Shown: piece after piece, positions 1-8,819 of the stretch
How positions within the stretch are numbered: position 1 is the stretch's first letter
How the letters are laid out: each line of letters starts with the position of its first letter
From: Candidatus Parcubacteria bacterium
GTDB taxonomy: Bacteria; Patescibacteriota; Patescibacteriia; UBA1558; GWA2-36-10
DNA length: 64,000 nt
Direction: 5' to 3'
NCBI GenBank assembly: GCA_018669975.1
Contig: JABHSK010000002.1
Location: 5,535-69,534 of the forward strand
Made by a program: the position numbers and the translations under genes
Notes under the pieces: model-generated
What the model was told of the DNA's origin: nothing
Database searches by the model: none
Seen by the model: only the letters and a program-made list of their open reading frames with translations

Positions 1-16
1 AATTTGTCCTCCATAT

Positions 17-1504
17 TTAAAACCTTAATTTTTTATTCAAATCTGAAATAGCTGTAAATTCTTCAATGGTCAACACCGACTTATCTTTTGATTTATAGTC
101 TTCTATTAAATTAGCCACTTCCTTACCTTGAATCATGCTCTCTTGGCCAAGTTCCAAATATATTTTATACACCTGGCTATTCCTCCAGGCCTCAATACCC
201 TGCGCTTTTTTAGTAAAAGAATCTTTTTCTAATACATTAATTTTATCCAAAATCTTGTCTACCCTATCCTGTACAACATCGCCAAAACGACGAAAGTTGT
301 CCAAAGTTAAAGCCTCTAATTCTTGCACTGGCCCAGTCAACTCATGCTGCACGGGTGAAGCCTGTGGTACAGATTTCAATGTTGGCTCTGGCGTAGGTTT
401 TGGTTTGGTAACTACATCAGAAATTTGCTTTTTATCAAGTGCGCTGGGTCTAAAAACCTTGGGTAAGGGCTCTAAACTTTTTTCAACTACCTCTGGTATA
501 TTTTTTGGTTTAACTTCAGGCTTTGGTTTAACTTCAGGCTTTGGTTTAACTTCAGGCTTTGGTTTAACTTCAGGCTTTGGTTTAACTTCAGGCTTTGGTT
601 TAACTTGTTTTTCCACCTGAACAATCCCCTTCTTCTTTTCTCCTTCCTTGATTAACTCCACTTCTTTAACAGTCTCTATTTTTTCTTCAATTTTTGGTTG
701 CTTTGGAAGAACAATAGGCTCTATTTCAACCTTTGTTTTTACCTGTTTAGATGCTATGGGAGGTTGCTGACTAGGCACGGGCTCAAAGGATGACTTCATT
801 TCCTTAAGAGCTTTTTTTACCTCTTCTTGCGCAGAAGCATCTTCTCCGTCCCCATCTTCAAGCTCTATTCTGCCTCCTGGCTCTACAATTGTATCAACCA
901 TCGCAGCTTGCCTGACCACTAAACCACCCACTGAAAATAGTTTATTTTTTATACCTTTAACGATAGATAAAATATTATCGACAATATCCTTATCTAAGGA
1001 TTTGTTATCCACAGATACCTTAATATACAGCAACTCTCTAACTACTATAGCGCTTTTTCGATCACGAAAAAAATCATAAAGAATGTCAGTAAATTTCTGT
1101 CTATTCACCTCATTAAGCTTCAGATCCTGCTTTTCTATAATCTTATTGACGATTTTATCAATGCTATATTTTTTACTATCGTCTTTTGGTAATACCTTAG
1201 CCAGCTCGTCAAGCTGTTGCTTGTCGTCAGGATGAAAGACTAATTCAGCTGTACTATCAGCCCTACCACCAACATACTCAATTGGCGCAAAACTATCATC
1301 CAATGGCGCTGTATTTATACTCGGAGTGTTAACAACACGTTGTTTATCCTCCTCTTTTTTCGGTATCGGAGTCAATGTAGAACCATCACCTTTTTTCGGC
1401 CCGCTTTGTTTCAAAGGATGCAATTTTCCACCTTGATCTTTTATCAACAAATTATCAGCCCAATTATCTTTAGTTAATATACTTTTATCGTTAGATGTCA
1501 CCAT
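17..1504 (-). CDS. Hypothetical protein with Pro/Lys/Glu-rich linker (KPKPEV repeats) and a conserved-looking C-terminal domain
   Basis: 495-aa ORF with low-complexity middle; no motif I can assign. Confidence 0.75.
   Translation of the reverse strand: MVTSNDKSILTKDNWADNLLIKDQGGKLHPLKQSGPKKGDGSTLTPIPKKEEDKQRVVNTPSINTAPLDDSFAPIEYVGGRADSTAELVFHPDDKQQLDELAKVLPKDDSKKYSIDKIVNKIIEKQDLKLNEVNRQKFTDILYDFFRDRKSAIVVRELLYIKVSVDNKSLDKDIVDNILSIVKGIKNKLFSVGGLVVRQAAMVDTIVEPGGRIELEDGDGEDASAQEEVKKALKEMKSSFEPVPSQQPPIASKQVKTKVEIEPIVLPKQPKIEEKIETVKEVELIKEGEKKKGIVQVEKQVKPKPEVKPKPEVKPKPEVKPKPEVKPKPEVKPKNIPEVVEKSLEPLPKVFRPSALDKKQISDVVTKPKPTPEPTLKSVPQASPVQHELTGPVQELEALTLDNFRRFGDVVQDRVDKILDKINVLEKDSFTKKAQGIEAWRNSQVYKIYLELGQESMIQGKEVANLIEDYKSKDKSVLTIEEFTAISDLNKKLRF
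504..606. repeat. Perfect 18-bp tandem repeat (TTTGGTTTAACTTCAGGC), 5 copies plus a partial, encoding KPKPEV
   Basis: Directly visible: identical units at 504, 522, 540, 558, 576, partial at 594. Confidence 0.95.
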
Positions 1505-1574
1505 GTTTTTATAGATTTTATATATTATATTATAACATATTTAGTGCGACATAGCCAATGATATTAAGTGATCA

Positions 1575-1605
1575 AAAAACCGCCCCCACTTAGTGGGGGC
1601 GGTTT
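1575..1605 (-). terminator. Rho-independent terminator after efp
   Basis: AAACCGCCCCCAC-TTA-GTGGGGGCGGTTT hairpin with U-tract on the minus strand. Confidence 0.8.
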
Positions 1606-1617
1606 AAATAAATAAAA

Positions 1618-2175
1618 TTAAATTCTTTCTACATAATCACCTGTTTCTGTATTAATAACTACTTTGTCACCCGTTTTTATAAACAATGGAGTTCTAATTT
1701 CTACACCTGTCTCCAAAATCACTGTCTTGGTAGCAGCGCCGGCAGAATTTCCTTTTACTCCATCAGGAGCTGAACTAACCTCTAAGGTAATTTTAGTTGG
1801 CAAAGCTACAGATACTGGCTTTTCATTAAAAATCAATACATCAACCTGCTGTCCTTCTTTAAAATATTTAACCATGTCTCCCAAATCATCCCGATTAAAC
1901 TGAAACTGTTCAAAGTCCTCATTGTCCATAAAGAAAAAATCATTATCTTGTTCATACAAAAAATTAGCCTTACGTCTTGCCATGTCGGCTTCTTCTATAT
2001 TGTCTGAACCTGAAAAAGTTTTTTCTAAGGTAGAACCACTGATTAAATTTTTTAGTTTCGTTTTTACTACAGCACCACCTCGAGCCACTTTGATATGTTG
2101 AGTAAACACTATCTGGTATGGCTCATCATTAATGGAAATTACTGTACCTAAACGCAAATCACCGAAAGACAACAT
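1618..2175 (-). CDS. efp: Elongation factor P
   Basis: 185 aa; HIKVARGGA loop (Arg at the modified position), LETG and PLFIKTGD..INTETGDYVER motifs. Confidence 0.97.
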   Translation of the reverse strand: MLSFGDLRLGTVISINDEPYQIVFTQHIKVARGGAVVKTKLKNLISGSTLEKTFSGSDNIEEADMARRKANFLYEQDNDFFFMDNEDFEQFQFNRDDLGDMVKYFKEGQQVDVLIFNEKPVSVALPTKITLEVSSAPDGVKGNSAGAATKTVILETGVEIRTPLFIKTGDKVVINTETGDYVERI

Positions 2176-2177
2176 GA

Positions 2178-2396
2178 TTATTTAGATGAAAAAGGCAATA
2201 GAGCCATAAAACGGGCCCTCTTTATAGCCTGAGACAATTTTCTTTGGTGTTTTGAACAGGCTCCACTTCTTCTCTTTGGCACAATTTTACCGTATGAAGA
2301 GGTAAATTTTTGTAATTGTTGCCAACTCTTGTAATCAATGTATGAAATATCATTCACACAAAAATGACAATATTTAGTTATGTGCTTCTTATGCAT
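2178..2396 (-). CDS. rpsR: 30S ribosomal protein S18 (Zn-binding type)
   Basis: CHFC..IDYK..GKIVPKRRSGACSKHQR..AIKRARFMALLPF. Confidence 0.97.
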   Translation of the reverse strand: MHKKHITKYCHFCVNDISYIDYKSWQQLQKFTSSYGKIVPKRRSGACSKHQRKLSQAIKRARFMALLPFSSK

Positions 2397-2419
2397 ATTA
2401 AAATTATTTTATTGGTCTA

Positions 2420-2890
2420 TTAAAATGGAATATCCTCGATACTGATCTCTTCTTCACCACCACCAGAAGATTCCTTCTTTGCTTGTGGTTCTGGCTGAGA
2501 AAAATCATCCTGTTTTTTACTAAAACCTGGTTGATTCTCATAACTAGAGTCGCCGGTAGACCCAGCCCTATCTAGCATAATCATATTTTCAGTGATAATC
2601 TCTGTGCGATATTTCTTAACTCCACTAGGATCATCCCATGATCTGGTTTGCAAACGACCTTCTATATAAACCTTGCTCCCCTTTTTCAAATATTGATTAC
2701 TAATCTCAGCTAAGCGTCGCCAAGCAACGATATTGTGAAACTCAACTTTTTCCTGTTTCTGACCGCTCTGATCTTTCCAAACAAGATTGGTAGCCACAGA
2801 AAATGAAGTAACATTCTGACCATTGCCTGTAGCACGCATTTCTGGATCACGCACAACATTTCCAATGACCATAGCTTTGTTTAAATTCAT
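2420..2890 (-). CDS. ssb: Single-stranded DNA-binding protein
   Basis: LNKAMVIGN..DPE, KGSKVYIEGRLQTRSW, acidic EDIPF tail; rpsF-ssb-rpsR order. Confidence 0.98.
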   Translation of the reverse strand: MNLNKAMVIGNVVRDPEMRATGNGQNVTSFSVATNLVWKDQSGQKQEKVEFHNIVAWRRLAEISNQYLKKGSKVYIEGRLQTRSWDDPSGVKKYRTEIITENMIMLDRAGSTGDSSYENQPGFSKKQDDFSQPEPQAKKESSGGGEEEISIEDIPF

Positions 2891-2914
2891 AGTGTTAATT
2901 TAGTTTTTGAACAA

Positions 2915-3400
2915 TTAATCTATTTTGGGTTCCTGATCTAGCAACTCATCAAGCTTCTTATCGATGTCGTCTAGATCAATTTTGGTAGTTTCTACCTTAG
3001 GGGTAGCTTTTACAGCTTCGTCTGCTTTTTTTGTCTCAGCTGGTGCAGCTTCACCCTTGGTAGCTGGCGCTAACTTACGAGCAGCTTGTTTCTTCTCTTG
3101 CTTGTTAGCAGCTGGATCTTTTTTGATAATCAAATAACGAAGCAAATTGTTATTTAACTTCAATTGAGTTTCAATTCCTTTAAGACCATCCTTGTCTTCT
3201 AGAGAAAACTCCAAAAACACATAAAACCCGTGTTTCTGCTTTTTAATAGGGTAAGCCAGCTTCTTACGGCCAATTGAATAGGCCTCCTTGATGACTTTAG
3301 CACCTACTTTGTCCAAATAGCCCAAGATGTCCTTCTGCACAGCTTGATGCTCTGTTTCAGGTACATTTGCACTAATGATAAAAGATAATTCGTAATTCAT
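2915..3400 (-). CDS. rpsF: 30S ribosomal protein S6 with C-terminal extension
   Basis: MNYELSFII, GRKKLAYPIKK..GFY, LLRYLIIK. Confidence 0.96.
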   Translation of the reverse strand: MNYELSFIISANVPETEHQAVQKDILGYLDKVGAKVIKEAYSIGRKKLAYPIKKQKHGFYVFLEFSLEDKDGLKGIETQLKLNNNLLRYLIIKKDPAANKQEKKQAARKLAPATKGEAAPAETKKADEAVKATPKVETTKIDLDDIDKKLDELLDQEPKID

Positions 3401-3414
3401 ATTCTATTTAATTA

Positions 3415-3461
3415 CCTTACCCAACATAATTAGAGGTAAGGGCCCTGCTCATTGACAAGGC
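3415..3461 (-). promoter_or_regulatory. Structured rpsF leader, candidate S6:S18 autoregulatory RNA
   Basis: Two adjacent hairpins (GCCTTG/CAGGGC and CCTTACC/GGTAAGG) just upstream of rpsF; promoter TTGACT-17-TAGAGT at about 3539-3510. Confidence 0.45.
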
Positions 3462-3582
3462 GTGGTTAATCAAATAATATAGTTTTAAAAACCATATTAG
3501 ACTCTCGATACTCTAACATAAATAATAGACAGAGTCAAGTCAGTGTATTGATTAAAAATCACTTTTAAATTATGATATATCT

Positions 3583-4776
3583 ATGCATAAATACTTATTT
3601 ATACTAGGCCAAGCAAATGACCTAGCCAAAGAAGAAATAACCACTGTCCTGGATGAAGCCCAGGATAAAATTTTGAAAACAGGTACAAATTTTGTAGTAG
3701 CTAGCAGTGGAAAAAATGCCGAACAACTAATGTCCACATTAGGTGGCACAGTTAAGATAGCTGATTTTATCGAAACCATAGATGACCCATCTAAGCTTAC
3801 TGATGAAAAATGGCTTATCTATCTAAAACAATCAATAGCCAAGGCTAATGGCGACAAAATTCACTTTGGTTTTAGTTTATACAATGATTCCAATAGAAAC
3901 TATCGGGCCATCAATAAAACAGCCCTAGCAATAAAAAGACAACTTAAGCAAAAACACAAAGTTCGCCTAGTCAGTAGCAAAGAACCAGTTCTATCCTCTG
4001 TAATAGTCGCTACTAATAAATTACTGGGCAACGAGCTACTCATTGTTAAATATAATAATAAGTGGTTATTGGGAATGACTAGAGCTGTCCAAGATTTTGT
4101 AAAATATGGACAAAGAGATATGAATCGACCTGGACGTGATAGTAAATCTGGCATGTTACCCCCCAAGGTGGCTCAGATGATGATAAATATTGGCAGTATT
4201 AGTCGACAAAAAACAATTTTAGACCCCTTCTGTGGTTCTGGCACTGTTCTACAAGAAGCTATACTGCTTGGTTTCAAAAAAATAAATGGCAGCGACCTAA
4301 GTCCTAGGGCTGTATCAGACTCAAATAAAAATATTACTTGGCTAAAAAAAGAATTCAATCTAGAATCCGAGGTTAATATTAAACAATCTGATATTAAAAA
4401 TTTAAGTAAAGATTTTGCGCCTAATTCCATTGACTTGATAGTAACTGAACCATTCATGGGTGATGCCCGTATAATAAAAAATAAAAGGAGTATCAATCAG
4501 CTAACTGACATTAAACAAGAATTACAATACCTTTATTTGGAATCTTTTGCTCAATTTAAAAAAATATTAAAACCCGGCGGCAAGATTGTGTTTATTTTTC
4601 CAATCTTCAGAATAAAAGACCAGACTATACCCACTCTAGACAAAAACATTATCCAGCAAATAAATTTTGAATTAATACCACCAAAAATAAAATCTGATCA
4701 ATTATCAGATAATGGCAATATTATATACTCAAGACCCGGCCAAGTAGTTCAAAGGGAGCTTAGTCTTTGGCAATAG
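3583..4776 (+). CDS. TRM11/UPF0020-like SAM-dependent RNA methyltransferase
   Basis: GMLPPKVAQMMIN, ILDPFCGSGTVLQEA (motif I), IVTEPFMG. Confidence 0.85.
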   Translation: MHKYLFILGQANDLAKEEITTVLDEAQDKILKTGTNFVVASSGKNAEQLMSTLGGTVKIADFIETIDDPSKLTDEKWLIYLKQSIAKANGDKIHFGFSLYNDSNRNYRAINKTALAIKRQLKQKHKVRLVSSKEPVLSSVIVATNKLLGNELLIVKYNNKWLLGMTRAVQDFVKYGQRDMNRPGRDSKSGMLPPKVAQMMINIGSISRQKTILDPFCGSGTVLQEAILLGFKKINGSDLSPRAVSDSNKNITWLKKEFNLESEVNIKQSDIKNLSKDFAPNSIDLIVTEPFMGDARIIKNKRSINQLTDIKQELQYLYLESFAQFKKILKPGGKIVFIFPIFRIKDQTIPTLDKNIIQQINFELIPPKIKSDQLSDNGNIIYSRPGQVVQRELSLWQ

Positions 4777-4841
4777 ATCAAAAAAAATAAAAACCCCACT
4801 CGGAGGTCTAGAAAACACTAGAAAAACGGTGGGTTTTTTTG

Positions 4842-6086
4842 CTATCTAACAACTTCAGATATCCAAGCCAATTGTTTGTCAGCCATGTGAATTTCTCGCC
4901 ACTTGAACTTACCAGTATTCTGATCCAAATAAACTACCTGACCAGAACCTGGAATCAGGTTACTCAAATAAAAAGCTAACACGGTAACATCATCTTTAAT
5001 ATGCATTTTGTCTACCAATATCATCTCAAAAAACAAACGTCTAGCCAACAAATGATCAGTGTTTTTATCTAGCCAGTCTCCCAAGTCATGACTATATCTA
5101 AGGTTAATAAAACGTTTTAGTATATTCCTAAATCTACTATCCTCTTTTAATAAAGCTTCTAGAGCCTTTTTTTCTATCAAAACTTTCAAACAACTACTTA
5201 CCTTATCTTTGTCTTGTAAGCCAATAGCATTCCATAGAATATCCCTGACCTTTGACAAATTATTATTTGCTTCTGACATTATAAAGTCTGCTGGCAACAT
5301 TTTGACCTCTATATCATTGAGTTGCTTATGAAACTTTTTCAAAAGCTTGTCTATATCAACTTTGGTTGTGGGCTTTTCTTCCGAAAACTCAGACACCCTC
5401 AACACCCCAGCTACCAACTCAAACTGTATCTTTATATTATCATCATAGGCTGTGATAAAGTGCCGTAAAGAATCAAGCTCATTTTTACTTAGCTTGGCTA
5501 TATTCGGAGCTTTAGTGAGGTATTTTGAGCGTTGTAGAGCATTATGATAGGCAGCCCCTGAAAAATGTACATAGTCTTTAATCCAATTATCTACCGTCGG
5601 CGCTGTCGTCCTTCCTTCTGGATTAACAATCTTTCTAGACGTCAAACGTAGATCTTTAAAATTGTTATATTTTTTAAGCATCTGCTTGACTGTACCTGCC
5701 TCAAACTCTGGAAAAACTGTCCTTTGCAAAGCTGCTCGCTTTAATCTTTTTAGTCTCGGTACTTTACCACCCAAACGCAAAATCAAACGATCTACATTTT
5801 CTAAATATTCCTGCAGTGGCCATAATATTTCATAGGCAATATCTAGGGTAAGCTTCCTTAAATCACATCGACCTGCCCCTTCCATTTTTTCCAATTTCTT
5901 GGGAAAATCTAAAACAGATATTTTTTTTAAAAATGCCTTGTGCTCTAATTCTAAAATATAATCCAGCTGAACCCTATTAAGAAAAAATTTATTGGATATC
6001 TTAATATTATTTAAGGGAATATCTTCACCATAAATAACATCTTTTACCTCCTCGGGTAATTTGTTTAATGCTGCTGGATTAATCAT
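4842..6086 (-). CDS. Hypothetical cytoplasmic protein, last gene of the giant-protein operon
   Basis: 414-aa ORF, co-directional and closely spaced with the VirB6-like gene. Confidence 0.75.
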   Translation of the reverse strand: MINPAALNKLPEEVKDVIYGEDIPLNNIKISNKFFLNRVQLDYILELEHKAFLKKISVLDFPKKLEKMEGAGRCDLRKLTLDIAYEILWPLQEYLENVDRLILRLGGKVPRLKRLKRAALQRTVFPEFEAGTVKQMLKKYNNFKDLRLTSRKIVNPEGRTTAPTVDNWIKDYVHFSGAAYHNALQRSKYLTKAPNIAKLSKNELDSLRHFITAYDDNIKIQFELVAGVLRVSEFSEEKPTTKVDIDKLLKKFHKQLNDIEVKMLPADFIMSEANNNLSKVRDILWNAIGLQDKDKVSSCLKVLIEKKALEALLKEDSRFRNILKRFINLRYSHDLGDWLDKNTDHLLARRLFFEMILVDKMHIKDDVTVLAFYLSNLIPGSGQVVYLDQNTGKFKWREIHMADKQLAWISEVVR

Positions 6087-6122
6087 TTATATAAAATAAT
6101 AAACAAAAATAATTAAACATCC

Positions 6123-8813
6123 CTATATTCCACCACCGCCATCAAAGTCATCATCTGCATCAGGAGCAGCACCTGCATCAGGAGCAGCACCTGCACCAGG
6201 AGCAGCACCTGCACCATAACTATTCTCAGCCAATGAGTGACGCATTCTCTCAGTTAGTATATCAGCATCATCCGCTAGTCTATCTAACTGCTCTTTTGGT
6301 AATTGGAGTAACTCTTCTAGCTTAAGATTGCTAACAAACTCATTAAAGGCCTCATCATCTAAAACTGGCCTACCATTTCCATCGACCTGCATATCACCAG
6401 CTGGAGTTACCTCTGCAAAAGCTAAATGGGCATTCTTCATGTTTCCTCGAGCCAGTCTAGTCCTAGCTTCCGCTTGCCTCGCTCTAAATTGATCATTGTT
6501 CTCAGCGCCTGTTTGATTAGGAATATTGTTTATCTCCTGACTAAAATAAGCATTAAGAGCCTCAGGACCCCCGGCATAGGGACTAGTAGCGTCGCTAGCC
6601 ATCATAACCTCTGCATTACCATGCCTTATCTGGCCTGACACCATAACCTCCATCTTCTCTCTATCATTTGTCTTTGACATAAATTCTTTCCTCTGACCAG
6701 CATTCATTAATCCAGACATACTTCTAAGGAAAGTAGAGTCTGCGCCCATTCTAGCTACTTGTTTTCCTGAGATATCCCGACTAGCTGCCGCGGCAAAACT
6801 ATCTCTAAGACTTGTCTGCAATCTATCTCTAGCAGCATCTGCAGCCTGTGCATTCCCTGAGCTAGCCATCTCCCTTCTATGTTCTGCTTCACCTAAATCA
6901 TGACCAATATTACTAAAATGATTCTCGGTATCCGCAGCTCTGCCAAACTGAGAAATAGTAAGCGTCCTTTTATATGCTTCTGAATCTGTATTGATTTGTG
7001 CATTACCATTTTGATCTCTCACTGGGTTACCAGCTGCATCTGTAGTAAACATACTATCAGTTGGTCGAAATTCCCTTAAAGCATTTATCAATGAATTTCT
7101 GTCCTCACTTTCCATACCCTCCATAGCCTTGGCCCTAGTATCATCATCTTGAGCTAATATAGTAGTCATCACTGCTTGATGGTCAGTATTACCAGCATCA
7201 ATACCATCAAAATTCATATTCTTTAAGGTGGCTACTAAACCACTGTCTGCTATATTACGATCCATGGTCTCTTCAGTGTTAACTGAAGCAGCACGCTTCT
7301 GCAAACTTGTACGAGCATCTGCATCACCATATGTTTCAAATAAATCATCCATATTGCCAGCATCTAGAGTTTGACCACCAACAGTCACACTTGTTTCACC
7401 GCGAGCCTGAGCTGCTTTAGCAGCGTGATATTGAGCCTCATCACCACCCTTAGTAGCCCAATATGCTGCCTGATCGGTTACACCTTCTGCACGTGTACCC
7501 TCATACTCAGCTCTGCGCTTCCTGCTACCCTGATCTGCTGCCACTCTACGCATCCCAGCTCTAGTTACCAAGCCGCTAACTCTACCTGCTATACCTCCAC
7601 GGTCTTGCATTTGTTGGCCAGCTTCTGTCATGCTACGACCCGCCATGCCTCGCAATCTACTGAGTTGCCCCTTGATCATTCCCTCACCACTTCTGCCCTG
7701 ATACAAAGTTTTAGCACCAGCTGCCGCACCAGCCTTGACTAGACCACCAGCCTTGCGACCTACCTTGCCAGGAGCTGATTTTATATTAGAAGCCATATTA
7801 CCGGCTATACCAGCACCAGCCGCGCCTGATTTAGCAGTCATCTGCAATCCAGCCACTAAAATAGCTATACCAATAACAAAATTTAATACACTACTTGGTG
7901 CAGCTGCCGCACTAACATCATAAACTGGATGATTATCATCATCTTCACTGTCCCCGGGAACCTCACTGAAACTATCATTTATATTTCCATTTCCCGTAAT
8001 ACTAAAAGCTAGCCATAAAAAGAAAGCTAAACTGGGGCCAGCAATCAAATTCTTAAGCAATTCTTCTGACCATTCATTAAAATATTTTTCAGTTTTAGGA
8101 AAAGTAAAAGCTAAAAAAGCTAAAGGAGATAAAACCAGTAACACCCATAGAGTCACAATCCTCATAGCTAACATGGCCAAAAAGGCTAACACGACCATGA
8201 CTGTTATTAACAACATAATAGCACCCAAGAAATAGGCTACTACCACATTACTTTCAAGGCTTGGACCTGTAGAGTCGCTACCTTTTTGTAAAATATTCTG
8301 CAAACCCAAGGCAGTCATCACATTACCAGCTGCAATATTCTTAATTACAGAGACAAAGGTCAACATAATTACCTGAGAAAAATCAATGGCAATACCAACG
8401 ATAGTTTTACTAAAATTAATCAATACTGCTACTATTAACAATTTTTTCAACAATTGACGGTAACCGTAAGACTGAATTTTTAAAATAGTAGCTAAAGCAA
8501 TCACCAAGAGTATAAGGATGAAAAACATATTACTCAGATCTCGCAAAGCTTCCCAACCAGCTGAAACACCTGCTTCTTGAGTAAAGTTATTATATTCAGC
8601 CACAATAGGCAAAAGCAACAACTCCAATTTTAAAACTTGTGACAGTGGCCAAATAAACAAGCCATAGATAATATTGGCTAATAAATCATCTACAACTGAC
8701 TTTAAACCACCACCAGCATACGCAATACGTGGGGTCGCCAAACTAACAGCCGTAGCCAAGGTTACAAATAATACCCAATATTTACTTTTGATTTTTCTAG
8801 ATAAGATATTCAT
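6123..8813 (-). CDS. VirB6/TrbL-like polytopic membrane protein with long Gly/Ala-rich C-terminal tail
   Basis: GWEALRDLSNMFFILILLVIA, LLIVAVLINFSKTI..IDFSQ and MRIVTLWVLLVLSPLAF..FP..W segments typical of VirB6/TrbL-like proteins; many TM helices. Confidence 0.7.
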   Translation of the reverse strand: MNILSRKIKSKYWVLFVTLATAVSLATPRIAYAGGGLKSVVDDLLANIIYGLFIWPLSQVLKLELLLLPIVAEYNNFTQEAGVSAGWEALRDLSNMFFILILLVIALATILKIQSYGYRQLLKKLLIVAVLINFSKTIVGIAIDFSQVIMLTFVSVIKNIAAGNVMTALGLQNILQKGSDSTGPSLESNVVVAYFLGAIMLLITVMVVLAFLAMLAMRIVTLWVLLVLSPLAFLAFTFPKTEKYFNEWSEELLKNLIAGPSLAFFLWLAFSITGNGNINDSFSEVPGDSEDDDNHPVYDVSAAAAPSSVLNFVIGIAILVAGLQMTAKSGAAGAGIAGNMASNIKSAPGKVGRKAGGLVKAGAAAGAKTLYQGRSGEGMIKGQLSRLRGMAGRSMTEAGQQMQDRGGIAGRVSGLVTRAGMRRVAADQGSRKRRAEYEGTRAEGVTDQAAYWATKGGDEAQYHAAKAAQARGETSVTVGGQTLDAGNMDDLFETYGDADARTSLQKRAASVNTEETMDRNIADSGLVATLKNMNFDGIDAGNTDHQAVMTTILAQDDDTRAKAMEGMESEDRNSLINALREFRPTDSMFTTDAAGNPVRDQNGNAQINTDSEAYKRTLTISQFGRAADTENHFSNIGHDLGEAEHRREMASSGNAQAADAARDRLQTSLRDSFAAAASRDISGKQVARMGADSTFLRSMSGLMNAGQRKEFMSKTNDREKMEVMVSGQIRHGNAEVMMASDATSPYAGGPEALNAYFSQEINNIPNQTGAENNDQFRARQAEARTRLARGNMKNAHLAFAEVTPAGDMQVDGNGRPVLDDEAFNEFVSNLKLEELLQLPKEQLDRLADDADILTERMRHSLAENSYGAGAAPGAGAAPDAGAAPDADDDFDGGGGI
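6155..6216. repeat. 18-bp tandem repeat, about 3.4 copies, encoding GAAP(G/D)A at the C-terminus of the VirB6-like protein
   Basis: CTGCA(T/C)CAGGAGCAGCAC units at 6155, 6173, 6191. Confidence 0.85.
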
Positions 8814-8819
8814 ATATTT

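Noticed and set aside
504-606. Tandem repeat as a CRISPR array
   Set aside because: The units are contiguous with no spacers, in frame within a CDS, and no cas genes are present.
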